Positions 35,983 to 46,076 of a DNA stretch of 61,807 bases are shown piece after piece (positions within the stretch are counted from its first letter, which is position 1; every line of letters starts with the position of its first letter). This stretch comes from Patescibacteria group bacterium. Its GTDB lineage: Bacteria; Patescibacteriota; UBA1384; 2-12-FULL-50-11. The position numbers and the translations under genes are program-made. The DNA is taken from NCBI GenBank assembly GCA_040900165.1, contig JBBDZM010000009.1, forward strand, positions 18,636-80,442, given 5' to 3'. Below the pieces are notes generated by a model. It did no database searches. It saw only the letters and a list, made by a program, of their open reading frames with translations, and was not told the DNA's origin.

Positions 35983-38913
35983 CTACAGCTCATCAATTGG
36001 CTCAAAATCGTCGTAATTGGTTGGCCTGGCTACGTCCTTGTTTGGCAGTTTCAGGCCTAGTTGGTCGGCTTGTTCCCAGGATATCAACTGTGTTTCATCG
36101 GTTTTCTCTCCCCTATCTCCCCCACTCTGCGGAGTTTCCATGTTATATTTTTCAATCACTTTTTCGGAAAGCGCCGCTGGCGGGCTGATAGTTTCAGTTT
36201 TTTGTTCTGGAGCAATTTCGTCTTTTTTAGCCACTCCCCCATCTTCGAGAGTTCTCTCGATGGGCGTAACACCATACCACTGTCGATCAAACCGGTCTTT
36301 GATAATCTCAATCTTGTTGTTCTTGAGAGTTTCTTTGAGTTTTTCCCCATCCTGATCCTTGGGTTTTGTATCTGAATCCCCCGCCGGCTGGACGAATCGC
36401 TGGGGCTCCTCTTTGGCTGTCGGCGACGTCACTATCCGATCAGTTTCATCTTTGCGTCTGGCTCCCCCACTCTTGCCCGTGCCATCTTCTTCCGACAAAT
36501 TAATTGGCATGGACCATTCAGCGATATAATCCTCAACGTCTGTTCTTGGCGTTGAATAGCTGGCTCGGCTAGCAGCAACAACGGCATCTTTGAGGTTGGA
36601 TTTTTCCTCGGGCGGCGGTAGAGTTCCGGCCGAGAAAGCTGGGACGGTTACCCCATCGATCGCCATTTTGATATAAATCTGCCGATTCGGTAGATTAACT
36701 AAATCGTTAACTTCGAAAATCGGCTCGTATTCTTTCCTGAGAACTTCGGCGTCCGACGCCCCAACCCTAAACGAAATCATTGTTCCAACATTGCCAAAGA
36801 CTGCATTGGCGACAGTTTCCGGCATTTGATTAATATACTGGTTAATCATTACCAAATTTAGCCGGTATTTGCGGGCTTCCGATAGAATTGTCGCGAACGA
36901 ATCGGTGGCAAAGTTCTGAAACTCATCAACGTACAAGTAGAAATCCCGGCGGTTTTGTTCCTCGATATTAGTTCGTCCCATCGCCGCCAACTGGATTTTG
37001 GTAATCAGCATCGAACCCAATAGCGCCGAGTTGTCCTCGCCAATTTTTCCGGTCGACAGATCGGCTAGCAGAATCTTCCCCTCGTCCATAATCTTGCGGA
37101 TATCCATAGTCGTTTTTGGCTGGCCAACAATATTGCGAATAATCGACGACGACAAAAACTGGCCAACCTTGTTTTGAATCGGTGCAATCGCTTCCTGGCG
37201 AAACTTTGGCTCGTATTTTTCATACTCATTCAAAAAGAAGTCTCGTATTACCGGATCCTTGATTGCGTTGACGACTTTTCGGCGGTAAGCATTATCGGTT
37301 AAGACCCGCATTACCCCTAGTAGAGTGGAGTTTGGATAATCAAGTAGAGCGATAATAGCGTTGCGTAAAATATACTCCAGCCGCGGGCCCCAACTCTCGC
37401 CGAAGATTTTCTTAAAAATACCGACCACTCCAGAGGCGATAATATTCTGAACTTCTGGCTCAACGTTCTCCAGCACGTTAAACCCAATCGGGAAGTCCCG
37501 ATCAGCTGGGTTGAAATAAACCACATCTTGAACCCGATCTTCGGGAATAAAATTCAGCACGTGGTCGATTAATTCGCCGTGCGGATCGACCACGGCGACG
37601 CCGCGGCCTTCGCGGATATCGTCAAATATCATATTCTCCATCAGCGTCGATTTTCCGGTGCCGGTTTTACCGATAATATAGCTATGTAGTCGCCGGTCTT
37701 GTTTTTTAATCCCAAATTTACGGACGCTATTGCGGAAGTTGGTTTGAGCAAAGACCGTTAGTTCATCGGCCGCAACGGATCCAACCACCGGCAAGTTGGC
37801 AGGCGGTTCCCCTTTCTTCGACCCCGCCCAAGCAATGGTTGGGGTAGTAACGGTTTCGGACGGGAAATGAAAGATCGAAGCCAACTCGGTAATATTCAAC
37901 AACAGAGCCGCATCCCCTACTACGCGGTTGCGATACAGCTCGAGCGCCGCCTTATCATCGCTAATCGCCGATGTAACAAAAGAGTTAATATTTATTGAGT
38001 TAAATTGTTTGTATCCACCAATCACCTGCTCAAGCTTGGCCTTGGCCGAGAACGAGTCTGGCGCTACCGCCACCAAACGAATTGTCGCCTCAAAGCCGAG
38101 CTTGGTGATTTTTTCCTCAACCCCCTTAAGAGCTTGTTGAACCGGTCCGCTTAACTCTTTGCCTTTGTCATCCTTTTTCTTTTTGTCATCTGGTAACGGT
38201 TTGGCCGCGCCGGTAAAAACCGAGCTGAAAAAATCACCGCCTAAATTTTTTAGCTCGTTGGCAACTAGCGATACTGGACCACTGCTTTTGGCGGGCGGTT
38301 CTTTGATATTTTTTACTTCCTTCTCCCCTTCTTCCTGCCAAGAGTCGTCGATCGGTTTAATAATAATTTGCGACCAAACCTCTTCGTTATCACCGGTCGA
38401 GCTAAGTACTCCCGTAATTGCCGAAAGCGGGTCGACCTCAAAATTCACAAAAGTCTTAATCGGGTAAACCCGGGGCTTGCTGAAATGGAGCTCGCTGGCA
38501 GCAATGGCCATTTCTGGCTCTACCACAGCGTAGTCATGCTCTAACTCCTCGACATCTATCGTTGGGTACTGGGCGTAAATCTGGCTCAAAACAAAATCAC
38601 GCAAACGCTTGGGAACGTGAAAATAAAATTTTATTGCTCGGTGATGCGAGACAATCTCCAGCGATACTTGCGGTTGGTTAGTAGTGTCGGAGCGATAAAT
38701 ACCGTGGAGGGCGGCAAACATCTGCTCGGCCGCTAACGGTGTTTTCTCGTTATTGCGCGGCACCGATATCGATAATATCGAATACTCATCGGGTAGTGCC
38801 AGACCACCGTCAACTGTTCGATTTTTTAGTTTTCGAGTCTGTTGCCAGAAAAATAATGCGCCCAACAAAAACAAAGCGGTGAAAATGATATTAATTAGTG
38901 TGAAATAATTCAT
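35983..38913 (-). CDS. Membrane-anchored FtsK/HerA/TraD-superfamily P-loop ATPase, paralog 2, with a long disordered C-terminal tail
   Basis: N-terminal TM helix. About 350-aa N-domain shared with the upstream paralog (DPLSAIT, GFEATIRL, ELASIFHFP). Walker A IIGKTGTGKST at 37648-37675, VVDPHGEL, Walker B LYVDEFQNF. About 180-aa Lys/Glu/Asp-rich tail. Confidence 0.8.
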   Translation of the reverse strand: MNYFTLINIIFTALFLLGALFFWQQTRKLKNRTVDGGLALPDEYSILSISVPRNNEKTPLAAEQMFAALHGIYRSDTTNQPQVSLEIVSHHRAIKFYFHVPKRLRDFVLSQIYAQYPTIDVEELEHDYAVVEPEMAIAASELHFSKPRVYPIKTFVNFEVDPLSAITGVLSSTGDNEEVWSQIIIKPIDDSWQEEGEKEVKNIKEPPAKSSGPVSLVANELKNLGGDFFSSVFTGAAKPLPDDKKKKDDKGKELSGPVQQALKGVEEKITKLGFEATIRLVAVAPDSFSAKAKLEQVIGGYKQFNSININSFVTSAISDDKAALELYRNRVVGDAALLLNITELASIFHFPSETVTTPTIAWAGSKKGEPPANLPVVGSVAADELTVFAQTNFRNSVRKFGIKKQDRRLHSYIIGKTGTGKSTLMENMIFDDIREGRGVAVVDPHGELIDHVLNFIPEDRVQDVVYFNPADRDFPIGFNVLENVEPEVQNIIASGVVGIFKKIFGESWGPRLEYILRNAIIALLDYPNSTLLGVMRVLTDNAYRRKVVNAIKDPVIRDFFLNEYEKYEPKFRQEAIAPIQNKVGQFLSSSIIRNIVGQPKTTMDIRKIMDEGKILLADLSTGKIGEDNSALLGSMLITKIQLAAMGRTNIEEQNRRDFYLYVDEFQNFATDSFATILSEARKYRLNLVMINQYINQMPETVANAVFGNVGTMISFRVGASDAEVLRKEYEPIFEVNDLVNLPNRQIYIKMAIDGVTVPAFSAGTLPPPEEKSNLKDAVVAASRASYSTPRTDVEDYIAEWSMPINLSEEDGTGKSGGARRKDETDRIVTSPTAKEEPQRFVQPAGDSDTKPKDQDGEKLKETLKNNKIEIIKDRFDRQWYGVTPIERTLEDGGVAKKDEIAPEQKTETISPPAALSEKVIEKYNMETPQSGGDRGEKTDETQLISWEQADQLGLKLPNKDVARPTNYDDFEPIDEL

Positions 38914-41315
38914 CGGGTTGCCTGAACCTTTCGGCCGTATTTTTGACGACTAGCATTTTTAATCCAAATCGCCATTTCCTGGCTGCCGGCATTGGGGCTT
39001 TTTACCCCACGCATATTAAAGGGTTTGGACGGTTTCAAATCAATTAGAAGCTTAACATACGCCTGAAATCTATCAAGATTGGTTAAGTCCTCGGCGCTAA
39101 CGCCCGGCAGCTCGTGAGTCAGAAATTCGGCATCTTCGGCACCAATCCGGTAGCTAATTAGCGTTCCCACGTTACCAATCACAGCATCGCGGACGTTCTC
39201 TGGTAGTTGGGCAAAATATTGGTTGGTGATATTCAAGTTAAGCCGGTATTTTCGGGCTTCCGCTAAAATTGTCGCAAAGGTATTAGTAGTGAAGTTTTGG
39301 AACTCGTCTACATACATATAGAAGTCCTGGCGTTGCTCTTCCGGCAGATCGGCCCGGCTAAAGGCAGCTACTTGCAGTTTTGAGACCAAGATTAGCCCAA
39401 GTAGATTGGCGTTGATGTCGCCGATTTTGCCTTTGGCTAAGTTTACAAAGAGAATTTTTTTATCATCCATAATATTGCGAAAATTAAACGACGACGTCGG
39501 TTGGCCAATAATATTGCGCATTAAATCATTAGTCATAAACCGACCAAATTTGGAGATAAAATAGTTGTACATCTCCGATTTGTGGAAATCGGCGGTCTTA
39601 GCCAATTGTTGCTGCCAAAAGGCCTTAACAGCTGGATCGGCGACATTGGCAATCGCCTGTTCCCGAAAAGCATCGTCCGTAAACAATCTCGGCAGATCGA
39701 TAATCGTTCCACCCCCTGGTTGAGCCATGACCGTCAACGCCGCGTTACGGGCCCAGTGCTCCCACTGCGGTCCAACAATACCGGTGCGATTGGGGTCGAA
39801 TAACTTATAGAAAATTTCGATTACTTCCTGAATAAGAAAATCGCGCTCCTCGGGTTTTGAAAACTCCAGCAAGTTTAGACCCAGCGGAAAACTGGTGTCG
39901 CTAGGATCAAAAAGGATTACATCGTTCGCCCGGTGGGTTGGCACTTTGGCGATTAAGCTCTCAATCGCATCACCAAGTGGATCGATAAAACAGAGCCCGC
40001 GGCCGTTGTGCATATCCTGCTCGATCATCGTCTCAAAGAGCGTAGTTTTACCAGTACCAGTTTTACCGATCATAAATAGGTGCCGGCGCCGGTCGTCGTC
40101 TTTAAGCCGCACCAGTTTGTTAATATCCCGATAAGCCGATTCCCCAATTACCACCCCAGCTGGTGGCAGATTTTCCGGGGCCGGTAAGGTTTTAGACATC
40201 TCCCACTTGAGCCCCGGCGTTTCCAGTAAACGGTTGGGCAGATGAAAAATGCTCGAAATTTCTTCGACGTTTAAGATCATCTTGGGGGCACCCGCAAACA
40301 TTCTCAGTAGGTACTGTCGAGCAATGTTGTCGGACTTGGCTTTTTTATATTTAAAAGAATTAAACTGCGGTGAGTAAAACTGGGAGAACCCGGAAATTAG
40401 CGCCATCAGATTCCCCTCGGCTTCGGCGGAATTTTGGCCAGTTGCAATAAGGCGAATAATTGTTTCGAAGCCGGTTTTTGACGACTTTTCTTCCAACCCT
40501 TTCATCACCTGCTCTTGCTGGGGGGTGTATTGCCGCGGTTTATTTGAATCAATTTGTTGGGTCGATGGTTGTTTAACAGTATTGGCAATATTACCGGCGA
40601 TTCGGCCAGCCGTTGATTGATTAACTAAATGCAGTTTATTTTCGGCCGCGTTTTGGGTGGCAATGTTACTGTGAATTCGCCAGGATTCGCTAATTGGCCT
40701 AATCAACATCTGCAAACCGACACCGGCATCGTTATTAACTTTGGTCATTACTGTTGTGATCGCGCTCAACGGATCGGCATCCATTGTCCGGTAGGTCTTA
40801 ATCGGCAAGACAAAATTCTTGGCTTGTTCCATCACCGCCCCGGCAATGGCCGGGTTTGACATCGAGAAAATCGGTGGCGGGCTGGCGTAATGGACTTCGG
40901 CGGTGGGAAAGTAGCTGTGCAGCTGGCGTTCAACGATAGATTTAATGCGCTTCGGGCAAACAATTGAAAATTGAATCGACCCGCCAACCGAGCTAATCTC
41001 AAAACTAATATGGGCTGGGGTACTAAATAGCCAGTCAATAAAATGCCGCTGGTGGATAATTGTCGTCAACGAGGCAAAAAACTGCTCCATCGGCGAAATT
41101 AAGTCTTTAAAATCCTGCCCTCCCTTATTTTGCTCGGCCGCAGTTTTGGCGCTTTCTTTGGGGATTGCTACCACCAAGCAAACCAACGATTTAACATCGG
41201 CAACGGTATCTTTTTTCTGAAACAATCTGAAAAACAGCATCAACCCAGCTGGTATAACAACCACTAAGGATAATATTAAATAAAGCGCAAATGTTGGGAC
41301 GCTATCAAGCAGCAT
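38910..41315 (-). CDS. Membrane-anchored FtsK/HerA/TraD-superfamily P-loop ATPase, paralog 1
   Basis: TM helix. N-domain motifs DPLSAIT, GFETIIRL, EISSIFHLP. Walker A MIGKTGTGKTT, FIDPLGD, Walker B MYVDEFQNF. Its stop overlaps the paralog 2 start (ATGA). Confidence 0.8.
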   Translation of the reverse strand: MLLDSVPTFALYLILSLVVVIPAGLMLFFRLFQKKDTVADVKSLVCLVVAIPKESAKTAAEQNKGGQDFKDLISPMEQFFASLTTIIHQRHFIDWLFSTPAHISFEISSVGGSIQFSIVCPKRIKSIVERQLHSYFPTAEVHYASPPPIFSMSNPAIAGAVMEQAKNFVLPIKTYRTMDADPLSAITTVMTKVNNDAGVGLQMLIRPISESWRIHSNIATQNAAENKLHLVNQSTAGRIAGNIANTVKQPSTQQIDSNKPRQYTPQQEQVMKGLEEKSSKTGFETIIRLIATGQNSAEAEGNLMALISGFSQFYSPQFNSFKYKKAKSDNIARQYLLRMFAGAPKMILNVEEISSIFHLPNRLLETPGLKWEMSKTLPAPENLPPAGVVIGESAYRDINKLVRLKDDDRRRHLFMIGKTGTGKTTLFETMIEQDMHNGRGLCFIDPLGDAIESLIAKVPTHRANDVILFDPSDTSFPLGLNLLEFSKPEERDFLIQEVIEIFYKLFDPNRTGIVGPQWEHWARNAALTVMAQPGGGTIIDLPRLFTDDAFREQAIANVADPAVKAFWQQQLAKTADFHKSEMYNYFISKFGRFMTNDLMRNIIGQPTSSFNFRNIMDDKKILFVNLAKGKIGDINANLLGLILVSKLQVAAFSRADLPEEQRQDFYMYVDEFQNFTTNTFATILAEARKYRLNLNITNQYFAQLPENVRDAVIGNVGTLISYRIGAEDAEFLTHELPGVSAEDLTNLDRFQAYVKLLIDLKPSKPFNMRGVKSPNAGSQEMAIWIKNASRQKYGRKVQATR

Positions 41316-41607
41316 CGTTTTGCGTTTCGTGTTCTTGGGCACTTGTTTCCATTTGGCTAGCAAGTTGGGCCTGTAGCTCTACAGCCGGTGGGTTCTCGGT
41401 CCCACTAACAACCGCCGATAAGTCATAGTGTTTTGGTTGCTCGGCTGGGGCACTCTGGGCTTGATCGGGATGGGGGGTATTATGCTCTGGGGCTTGTTCA
41501 ACTGTTTTCTCGGTGTGAGAAAATGTTGTTGACAGTTCGCCACCGTCAACACGTGGCGCTTCGAATTGCTCCGAACCGTTCGGTAGTAGATCTCCCCTCT
41601 CAACCAT
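41305..41607 (-). CDS. Small acidic, low-complexity hypothetical protein
   Basis: 100-aa ORF overlapping the start of paralog 1 by 11 nt. Compositionally disordered, weak RBS. Confidence 0.35.
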   Translation of the reverse strand: MVERGDLLPNGSEQFEAPRVDGGELSTTFSHTEKTVEQAPEHNTPHPDQAQSAPAEQPKHYDLSAVVSGTENPPAVELQAQLASQMETSAQEHETQNDAA

Positions 41608-41642
41608 ATTAAAAGTATACCAACCTCTTGAAAAACTGGAAG

Positions 41643-42773
41643 CTAAATTTTCAGATATTGAGCATACTTTTGTTTGAACGAACCGTCGTTAATTGCCAGG
41701 CGAATTTGGCGCATCAGCTCCAATAGAATATGAACATTATGATAGCTTAGTGCCCTGGCCGAATTAATCTCGTTGGCCAGATAGAGATGACGCAGATACG
41801 AGCGCGAAAATGTCCGGCAGGTTTGGCAGGCGCAGTCCGGATCGAGCGGCTGGTCGTCGTCGGTGTATTGGGCGGCGTCAATGCTTTTGCGTGAGAAATC
41901 TTTGGTTAGCCAGAACGAGCCGTGACGGGCGTAACGGGTGGGAATAACGCAGTCGAACATATCCATACCTTTATCGACCATCCGAATTAAATCCACCGGC
42001 TCCCCTACTCCCATCAAATAATGGGGGCGGGCCTTGTCTAAAAGTGGCGCGACGAAATCGACCGCTTTGTTCATTAAATCCTTCCCCTCCGACTCAATCG
42101 CCACTCCCCCAACAGCAATGCCGTCGAATGGGCGTGATTGGATAGAATTAAGCGATTCCAGACGATGCTCCTTAGAGAGTCCACCTTGGATAATCCCGAA
42201 TAATGCCCTCCCCTGCTCCCCCATTTTTTGTTCATGCCAATAATTTATCGACCGCTCGGCCCAGCGCGCTGTACGGTTTATAGCATCACGGGAGCGCATT
42301 ATTGTTGCCTCAATAGGCGGGCAATCATCCAAAACCATGGCGATATCGCTGCCCAGCTTGGATTGAATATCTAATACCCCCTCCGGCGTAAAAGTTAATT
42401 TTTTACCGTCTAGGTGAGATTGAAAGGTTACCCCATCAACAGTAGTTTTAGCCGTCTTTAGACGGGTCGAGCCAAGTGAATACGCTTGATAGCCGCCAGA
42501 GTCAGTTAGAATTGGTTTGTTCCAAGCGCTCCATTTCTGCAGACCGCCGTGCTTGGCGATTAAGTCCTCGCCCGGCCGCAGGTGCAAATGATAGGTATTG
42601 CCTAAAATTATCTCGCTGCCTAGTTGCTCCAATTCCCAAGGCATCAGACCGCGAACGGCGCCGTAGGTGCCAACCGGCATAAACACCGGGGTCTGGATTG
42701 TCCCGTGCGGCGTCTCCAGCTCTCCCGTGCGCGCTAGCGAATCAGCGAGCGTTTTGCTAACGGTGAATTTCAT
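41643..42773 (-). CDS. tgt: tRNA-guanine transglycosylase (queuine tRNA-ribosyltransferase)
   Basis: TPVFMPVGT, LTDSGGYQ, FDCVIPTRYARHG, zinc motif CxCxxC (CACQTC). Confidence 0.93.
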   Translation of the reverse strand: MKFTVSKTLADSLARTGELETPHGTIQTPVFMPVGTYGAVRGLMPWELEQLGSEIILGNTYHLHLRPGEDLIAKHGGLQKWSAWNKPILTDSGGYQAYSLGSTRLKTAKTTVDGVTFQSHLDGKKLTFTPEGVLDIQSKLGSDIAMVLDDCPPIEATIMRSRDAINRTARWAERSINYWHEQKMGEQGRALFGIIQGGLSKEHRLESLNSIQSRPFDGIAVGGVAIESEGKDLMNKAVDFVAPLLDKARPHYLMGVGEPVDLIRMVDKGMDMFDCVIPTRYARHGSFWLTKDFSRKSIDAAQYTDDDQPLDPDCACQTCRTFSRSYLRHLYLANEINSARALSYHNVHILLELMRQIRLAINDGSFKQKYAQYLKI

Positions 42774-43287
42774 GGTTGGCGGGCGTCAGCTTGGTTGCCT
42801 GGACAAATACGTCGCCGGCAAAAACCAGCCGGTACATCTCCCCCATTAGGCACGGAAACTCGGCTTCTTGTTCGCTAACGTCATATGATCGCAAAACAGT
42901 CTCAATAACGTCTTGATGCGACACACAGACCACCTGCTCACCGGCGTGTTTGGCAATAATTGATTGGAAAAATTTAGGCAGGTGCTTACCGATACTGTAA
43001 AAACTGTCGTTGTCGTAAATTTCATAGAGATCTTGGCCAGTAATTACTTCGCCGGGAATCTCTGCCAACTCCTTGATAATGCTGGAGGTTTCTATCGTCC
43101 GATGGAGCGGGCTGGAGTAAATTGCGGTTGGGCGAAAGGCCTTGAGATACCGGCCGTTCCGGCGGGACTGGCTCTGACCTTTTTCGGTTAATCGGCGCCG
43201 GTCATCGACCGTTGGGTCGTTACTGTACGGGAAATCGGTTTGTCCGTGTCGCACCAAAAATATCACTGTCTGAAGTTTCTTGGACAT
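42757..43287 (-). CDS. Histidine phosphatase (phosphoglycerate mutase-like) family protein
   Basis: FLVRHGQTDF RHG motif, later SHQDVI. Confidence 0.8.
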   Translation of the reverse strand: MSKKLQTVIFLVRHGQTDFPYSNDPTVDDRRRLTEKGQSQSRRNGRYLKAFRPTAIYSSPLHRTIETSSIIKELAEIPGEVITGQDLYEIYDNDSFYSIGKHLPKFFQSIIAKHAGEQVVCVSHQDVIETVLRSYDVSEQEAEFPCLMGEMYRLVFAGDVFVQATKLTPANHEIHR

Positions 43288-43303
43288 ACGGTAATTTTAC
43301 CAG

Positions 43304-43510
43304 CTATGCGGGTGGCCAGAAAGCAATAAATCGGCCTTCGATTGTTTTAACTTTTTCGGTTTCCCAGCTGGCTTGTTTGGCAAGTTTTTTTACCACAGCG
43401 TTGCGCTCGACTTGGGTTAGACGGTTGAACTTTTCGTTTTCTTGATCGGTTGCTACCCGGCCATTAGCGGCCAAGAACAAATCGGCAAAGCTGTAGGCGC
43501 AGTAGTGCAT
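43304..43510 (-). CDS. Hypothetical small protein
   Basis: 68-aa ORF with ATG start. No motif recognised. Confidence 0.4.
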   Translation of the reverse strand: MHYCAYSFADLFLAANGRVATDQENEKFNRLTQVERNAVVKKLAKQASWETEKVKTIEGRFIAFWPPA

Positions 43511-43613
43511 TAGCTCTAAATTGCCAGCTCAAAATTGACATTACAAGCCTTGCTTAGTAATTTTCCGCAGAGTATACTATTCAGACCGCACGTTTGTACC
43601 AAGGAAATGCGTT

Positions 43614-43928
43614 ATGAGACAACAGGAAGTCACCGTACCTAAAATCGCCACTCTTCCCGACTCACTGATGGGTTCCGCTGCCGTTGACCAGATCTATGTG
43701 ACGTTTGGCGTACCAGCCGAATATCGCGATCAGGCTCGCTCGACGTTAGCCAACAACCTGGTGCCGATGGGAGATGTTGCTGGGAGAGATTTGGCGATAT
43801 TCAACTCTTTACCCGAGGATAGTCGGGTGGAGTTGTGGGAGAAGATCGCCAAAGCCAATCTGGCCATTACTAACGAGTTCAAGCAACTCATCGCCCAACC
43901 GCCCCCCGTACTTGTTCTTATCCCCTGA
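43614..43928 (+). CDS. Hypothetical protein
   Basis: 104-aa ORF with an upstream TTGACA-type promoter and a downstream terminator hairpin cggctcgcc..ggcgagccg. Confidence 0.5.
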   Translation: MRQQEVTVPKIATLPDSLMGSAAVDQIYVTFGVPAEYRDQARSTLANNLVPMGDVAGRDLAIFNSLPEDSRVELWEKIAKANLAITNEFKQLIAQPPPVLVLIP

Positions 43929-44033
43929 CGCTTCGCGTCATCTCACGGCTCGCCGCCCCGGCGAGCCGTTCTCTTTTGCGCCCAAAAATCGTATCCTAGT
44001 AGGAGTTTGGTCTTTACCAACTAGGTGTCCACT

Positions 44034-44864
44034 ATGATTGAAAGACTTAAAAAACAACTATCATTGCGCGATGAAGAAACAGGAGAATTCAAGTATGGAA
44101 AGTTCTTCGCATTCTACATTGTGCAATACGCCCTCTTTGTCGCTCTTGGCTTGTCCGTTTTCTCGTCATGGGAAAACACATTCCAATCGCCTTGGTACAG
44201 CTACGTCGCCTGGTTCGTCGGAACCCACTTCGTCCTCTCCGGATTTGAGTGGGGATACCACCGCTACCTGCTTCATACCGTTGTTGCTAGATGGTTTAAA
44301 TCCCAGTGCGAGGCTCATACCCTGCACCACAGCCACACAGACGTAACAACGATCAAGAACCAATACGAGATCCGTCACTCCCATCAAAACGAGGCAGCCA
44401 CATTCCCTGTGTATGCCCTTTCAGCGTTCTGCGCTGTGTTCACGCCCCTGATTTGGGGACTGCAGTATCTACTTCCCGCCGCGCCAGTAATTATTGGCGG
44501 ATACTCAGGAGTAATGTTCTCTTTGGTTCTTTACGAGGTGTACCACGCCGTAATGCACCTGGAGTACGATAGGTACTGGCGTAGATGGGTGGAAAAATTC
44601 CACTTGGTTCGCCAGCTCTACGGCTTTCATCTGATGCATCATGCCAGCATTCGGATTAATCAGGCCATCGGAGGGTTCTTCTTCCTGCCAATATGGGACT
44701 GGGTATTCGGGACATACTTTGTACCGACCAGCAGTCTTCCGTTGCCAGGTCAGGAGCTACCCCAGCCTATTCCCAAGCCTCCACCAGCAAGGTGGTTAAC
44801 AAGGAAACTGGACAAGATTACCAACAACGCCCAAAAACGTGTTGTGCTCAAATCCAGGCCCTAG
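44034..44864 (+). CDS. Fatty acid hydroxylase / sterol desaturase superfamily membrane protein
   Basis: Histidine boxes HRYLLH, HTLHH, HAVMH and HLMHH in a polytopic membrane protein. Confidence 0.75.
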   Translation: MIERLKKQLSLRDEETGEFKYGKFFAFYIVQYALFVALGLSVFSSWENTFQSPWYSYVAWFVGTHFVLSGFEWGYHRYLLHTVVARWFKSQCEAHTLHHSHTDVTTIKNQYEIRHSHQNEAATFPVYALSAFCAVFTPLIWGLQYLLPAAPVIIGGYSGVMFSLVLYEVYHAVMHLEYDRYWRRWVEKFHLVRQLYGFHLMHHASIRINQAIGGFFFLPIWDWVFGTYFVPTSSLPLPGQELPQPIPKPPPARWLTRKLDKITNNAQKRVVLKSRP

Positions 44865-44890
44865 TTGATACTGCGGACACCTTTCCTTAA

Positions 44891-44918
44891 ATGACCCACC
44901 CGTGTGGGTCATTTTTTT
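44891..44918 (+). terminator. Intrinsic terminator
   Basis: atgacccac-ccgt-gtgggtcat followed by ttttttt. Confidence 0.8.
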
Positions 44919-44923
44919 ATGGC

Positions 44924-44948
44924 AACAAAAACCCGCTCCTACGAGCGG
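44924..44948 (-). terminator. Intrinsic terminator of the beta-helix gene
   Basis: ccgctc-ctac-gagcgg, with tttttgtt on the minus strand. Confidence 0.7.
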
Positions 44949-44971
44949 ATTTTTGTGTACTAACTAGAATC

Positions 44972-45967
44972 CTAGAACCAAGCGTTCCCTTGCTGTGGAC
45001 CGCCGACGCGAATATTCTTGCCGCCGGTTACACCCTCATAGGCAGTGTCGAACCCTCTAACCACGTTGTGCTTAACTACGTTTCCGGTCCCGTCGTTAAA
45101 TACTCCGTAATCACCGTGTGCTCCATCTTCCCCTTCGTCAAAGACCCGATTATTGGAGATGTTACTGTCGTTGGCGAAACCGTAGATCCCAACGTCCGAA
45201 TTACCACGAATGTTGTTAAAGCGCACTTCGGCGCCGTCAACATCAAACAGTAAAATGGCCGTGGCCGAAAAGCTGCTCGCCCCCAACCATTGATTACCCA
45301 TGACCTGATTGTGTTGAATTGTGCCGATCGCTCCAAAGCCCAACTGGATGCTGTTAGCCGCCAAGTTTGCTTGAGTGGCTGATTGGCCGATTTGGTTGTG
45401 AGCGATTAAGACTTCTACATCGCCGTTAGCGACGATGCCGCTCTTTTGAAAACCGTCGAGTGAGTTGAACATCACATCCACACTCATTGTGTTTGGATGA
45501 GTACCGTCGAACGGAGCGTTGCGTACCTCAATGGCGTTACCTTCCTGGCAACCACTCGCCCCTTTGTTAATACCGTTAACCGTGTTGTTAACGATCGAGC
45601 CGCTGGCGCCGTCAAAGAGAATGCCGCGCAGCCGGTTATCGGTTGGCGCGCCCGGTTTGCAGGTGTTTATTAACCCACTAACCGTAACATTGAGATTTCG
45701 GACTCGGGCTTCATCACCGTCGTTTTTGACCACGGCGCCGTTAAAGCCGCCCGGGGCATCAATGCCCGTAATAGTGAACCCTTGGCCGTCGAGCATCATC
45801 CCATCCGGAATTACAATTGTTGAGTCGGTTGTGCAGTCGGCGTCCAAATACATTACGTCGCCAACCGTCGTGAACGAACAGGTTGTTACTGCATGTGCCA
45901 AACCAACCCAGACAAACGACGCCGCTACTAGCGGAAGTGCTGTTAGAATTATTGTCAGTTTTTTCAT
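44972..45967 (-). CDS. Secreted right-handed parallel beta-helix repeat protein
   Basis: Signal peptide MKKLTIILTALPLVAASFVWVGLAHA follows aggagg. Repeated N-x-hydrophobic-x-G-N rungs (IVNNTVNGIN, IAHNQIG, IQHNQVMGN, ISNNRVFD, VKHNVVRG). Confidence 0.75.
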   Translation of the reverse strand: MKKLTIILTALPLVAASFVWVGLAHAVTTCSFTTVGDVMYLDADCTTDSTIVIPDGMMLDGQGFTITGIDAPGGFNGAVVKNDGDEARVRNLNVTVSGLINTCKPGAPTDNRLRGILFDGASGSIVNNTVNGINKGASGCQEGNAIEVRNAPFDGTHPNTMSVDVMFNSLDGFQKSGIVANGDVEVLIAHNQIGQSATQANLAANSIQLGFGAIGTIQHNQVMGNQWLGASSFSATAILLFDVDGAEVRFNNIRGNSDVGIYGFANDSNISNNRVFDEGEDGAHGDYGVFNDGTGNVVKHNVVRGFDTAYEGVTGGKNIRVGGPQQGNAWF

Positions 45968-46076
45968 CTGTCTCACCTCCTTCCCCACTTTTTATCGTTG
46001 CTACTGCGACCGTAGTTGTTGAGATTAGCGATGTCAATATAAATTGGCCGCGGTTGAAAAACCGCGGCCAGTCTTG

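Noticed and set aside
35865-36375. Plus-strand ORFs antisense to the 3' end of ATPase paralog 2, and the many other 60-110-aa antisense ORFs inside clpC, nrdJ, the helicase, topA and similar genes
   Set aside because: They are fully embedded antisense to, or out of frame with, long motif-supported genes. Their composition mirrors the sense codons and they have no independent signals.
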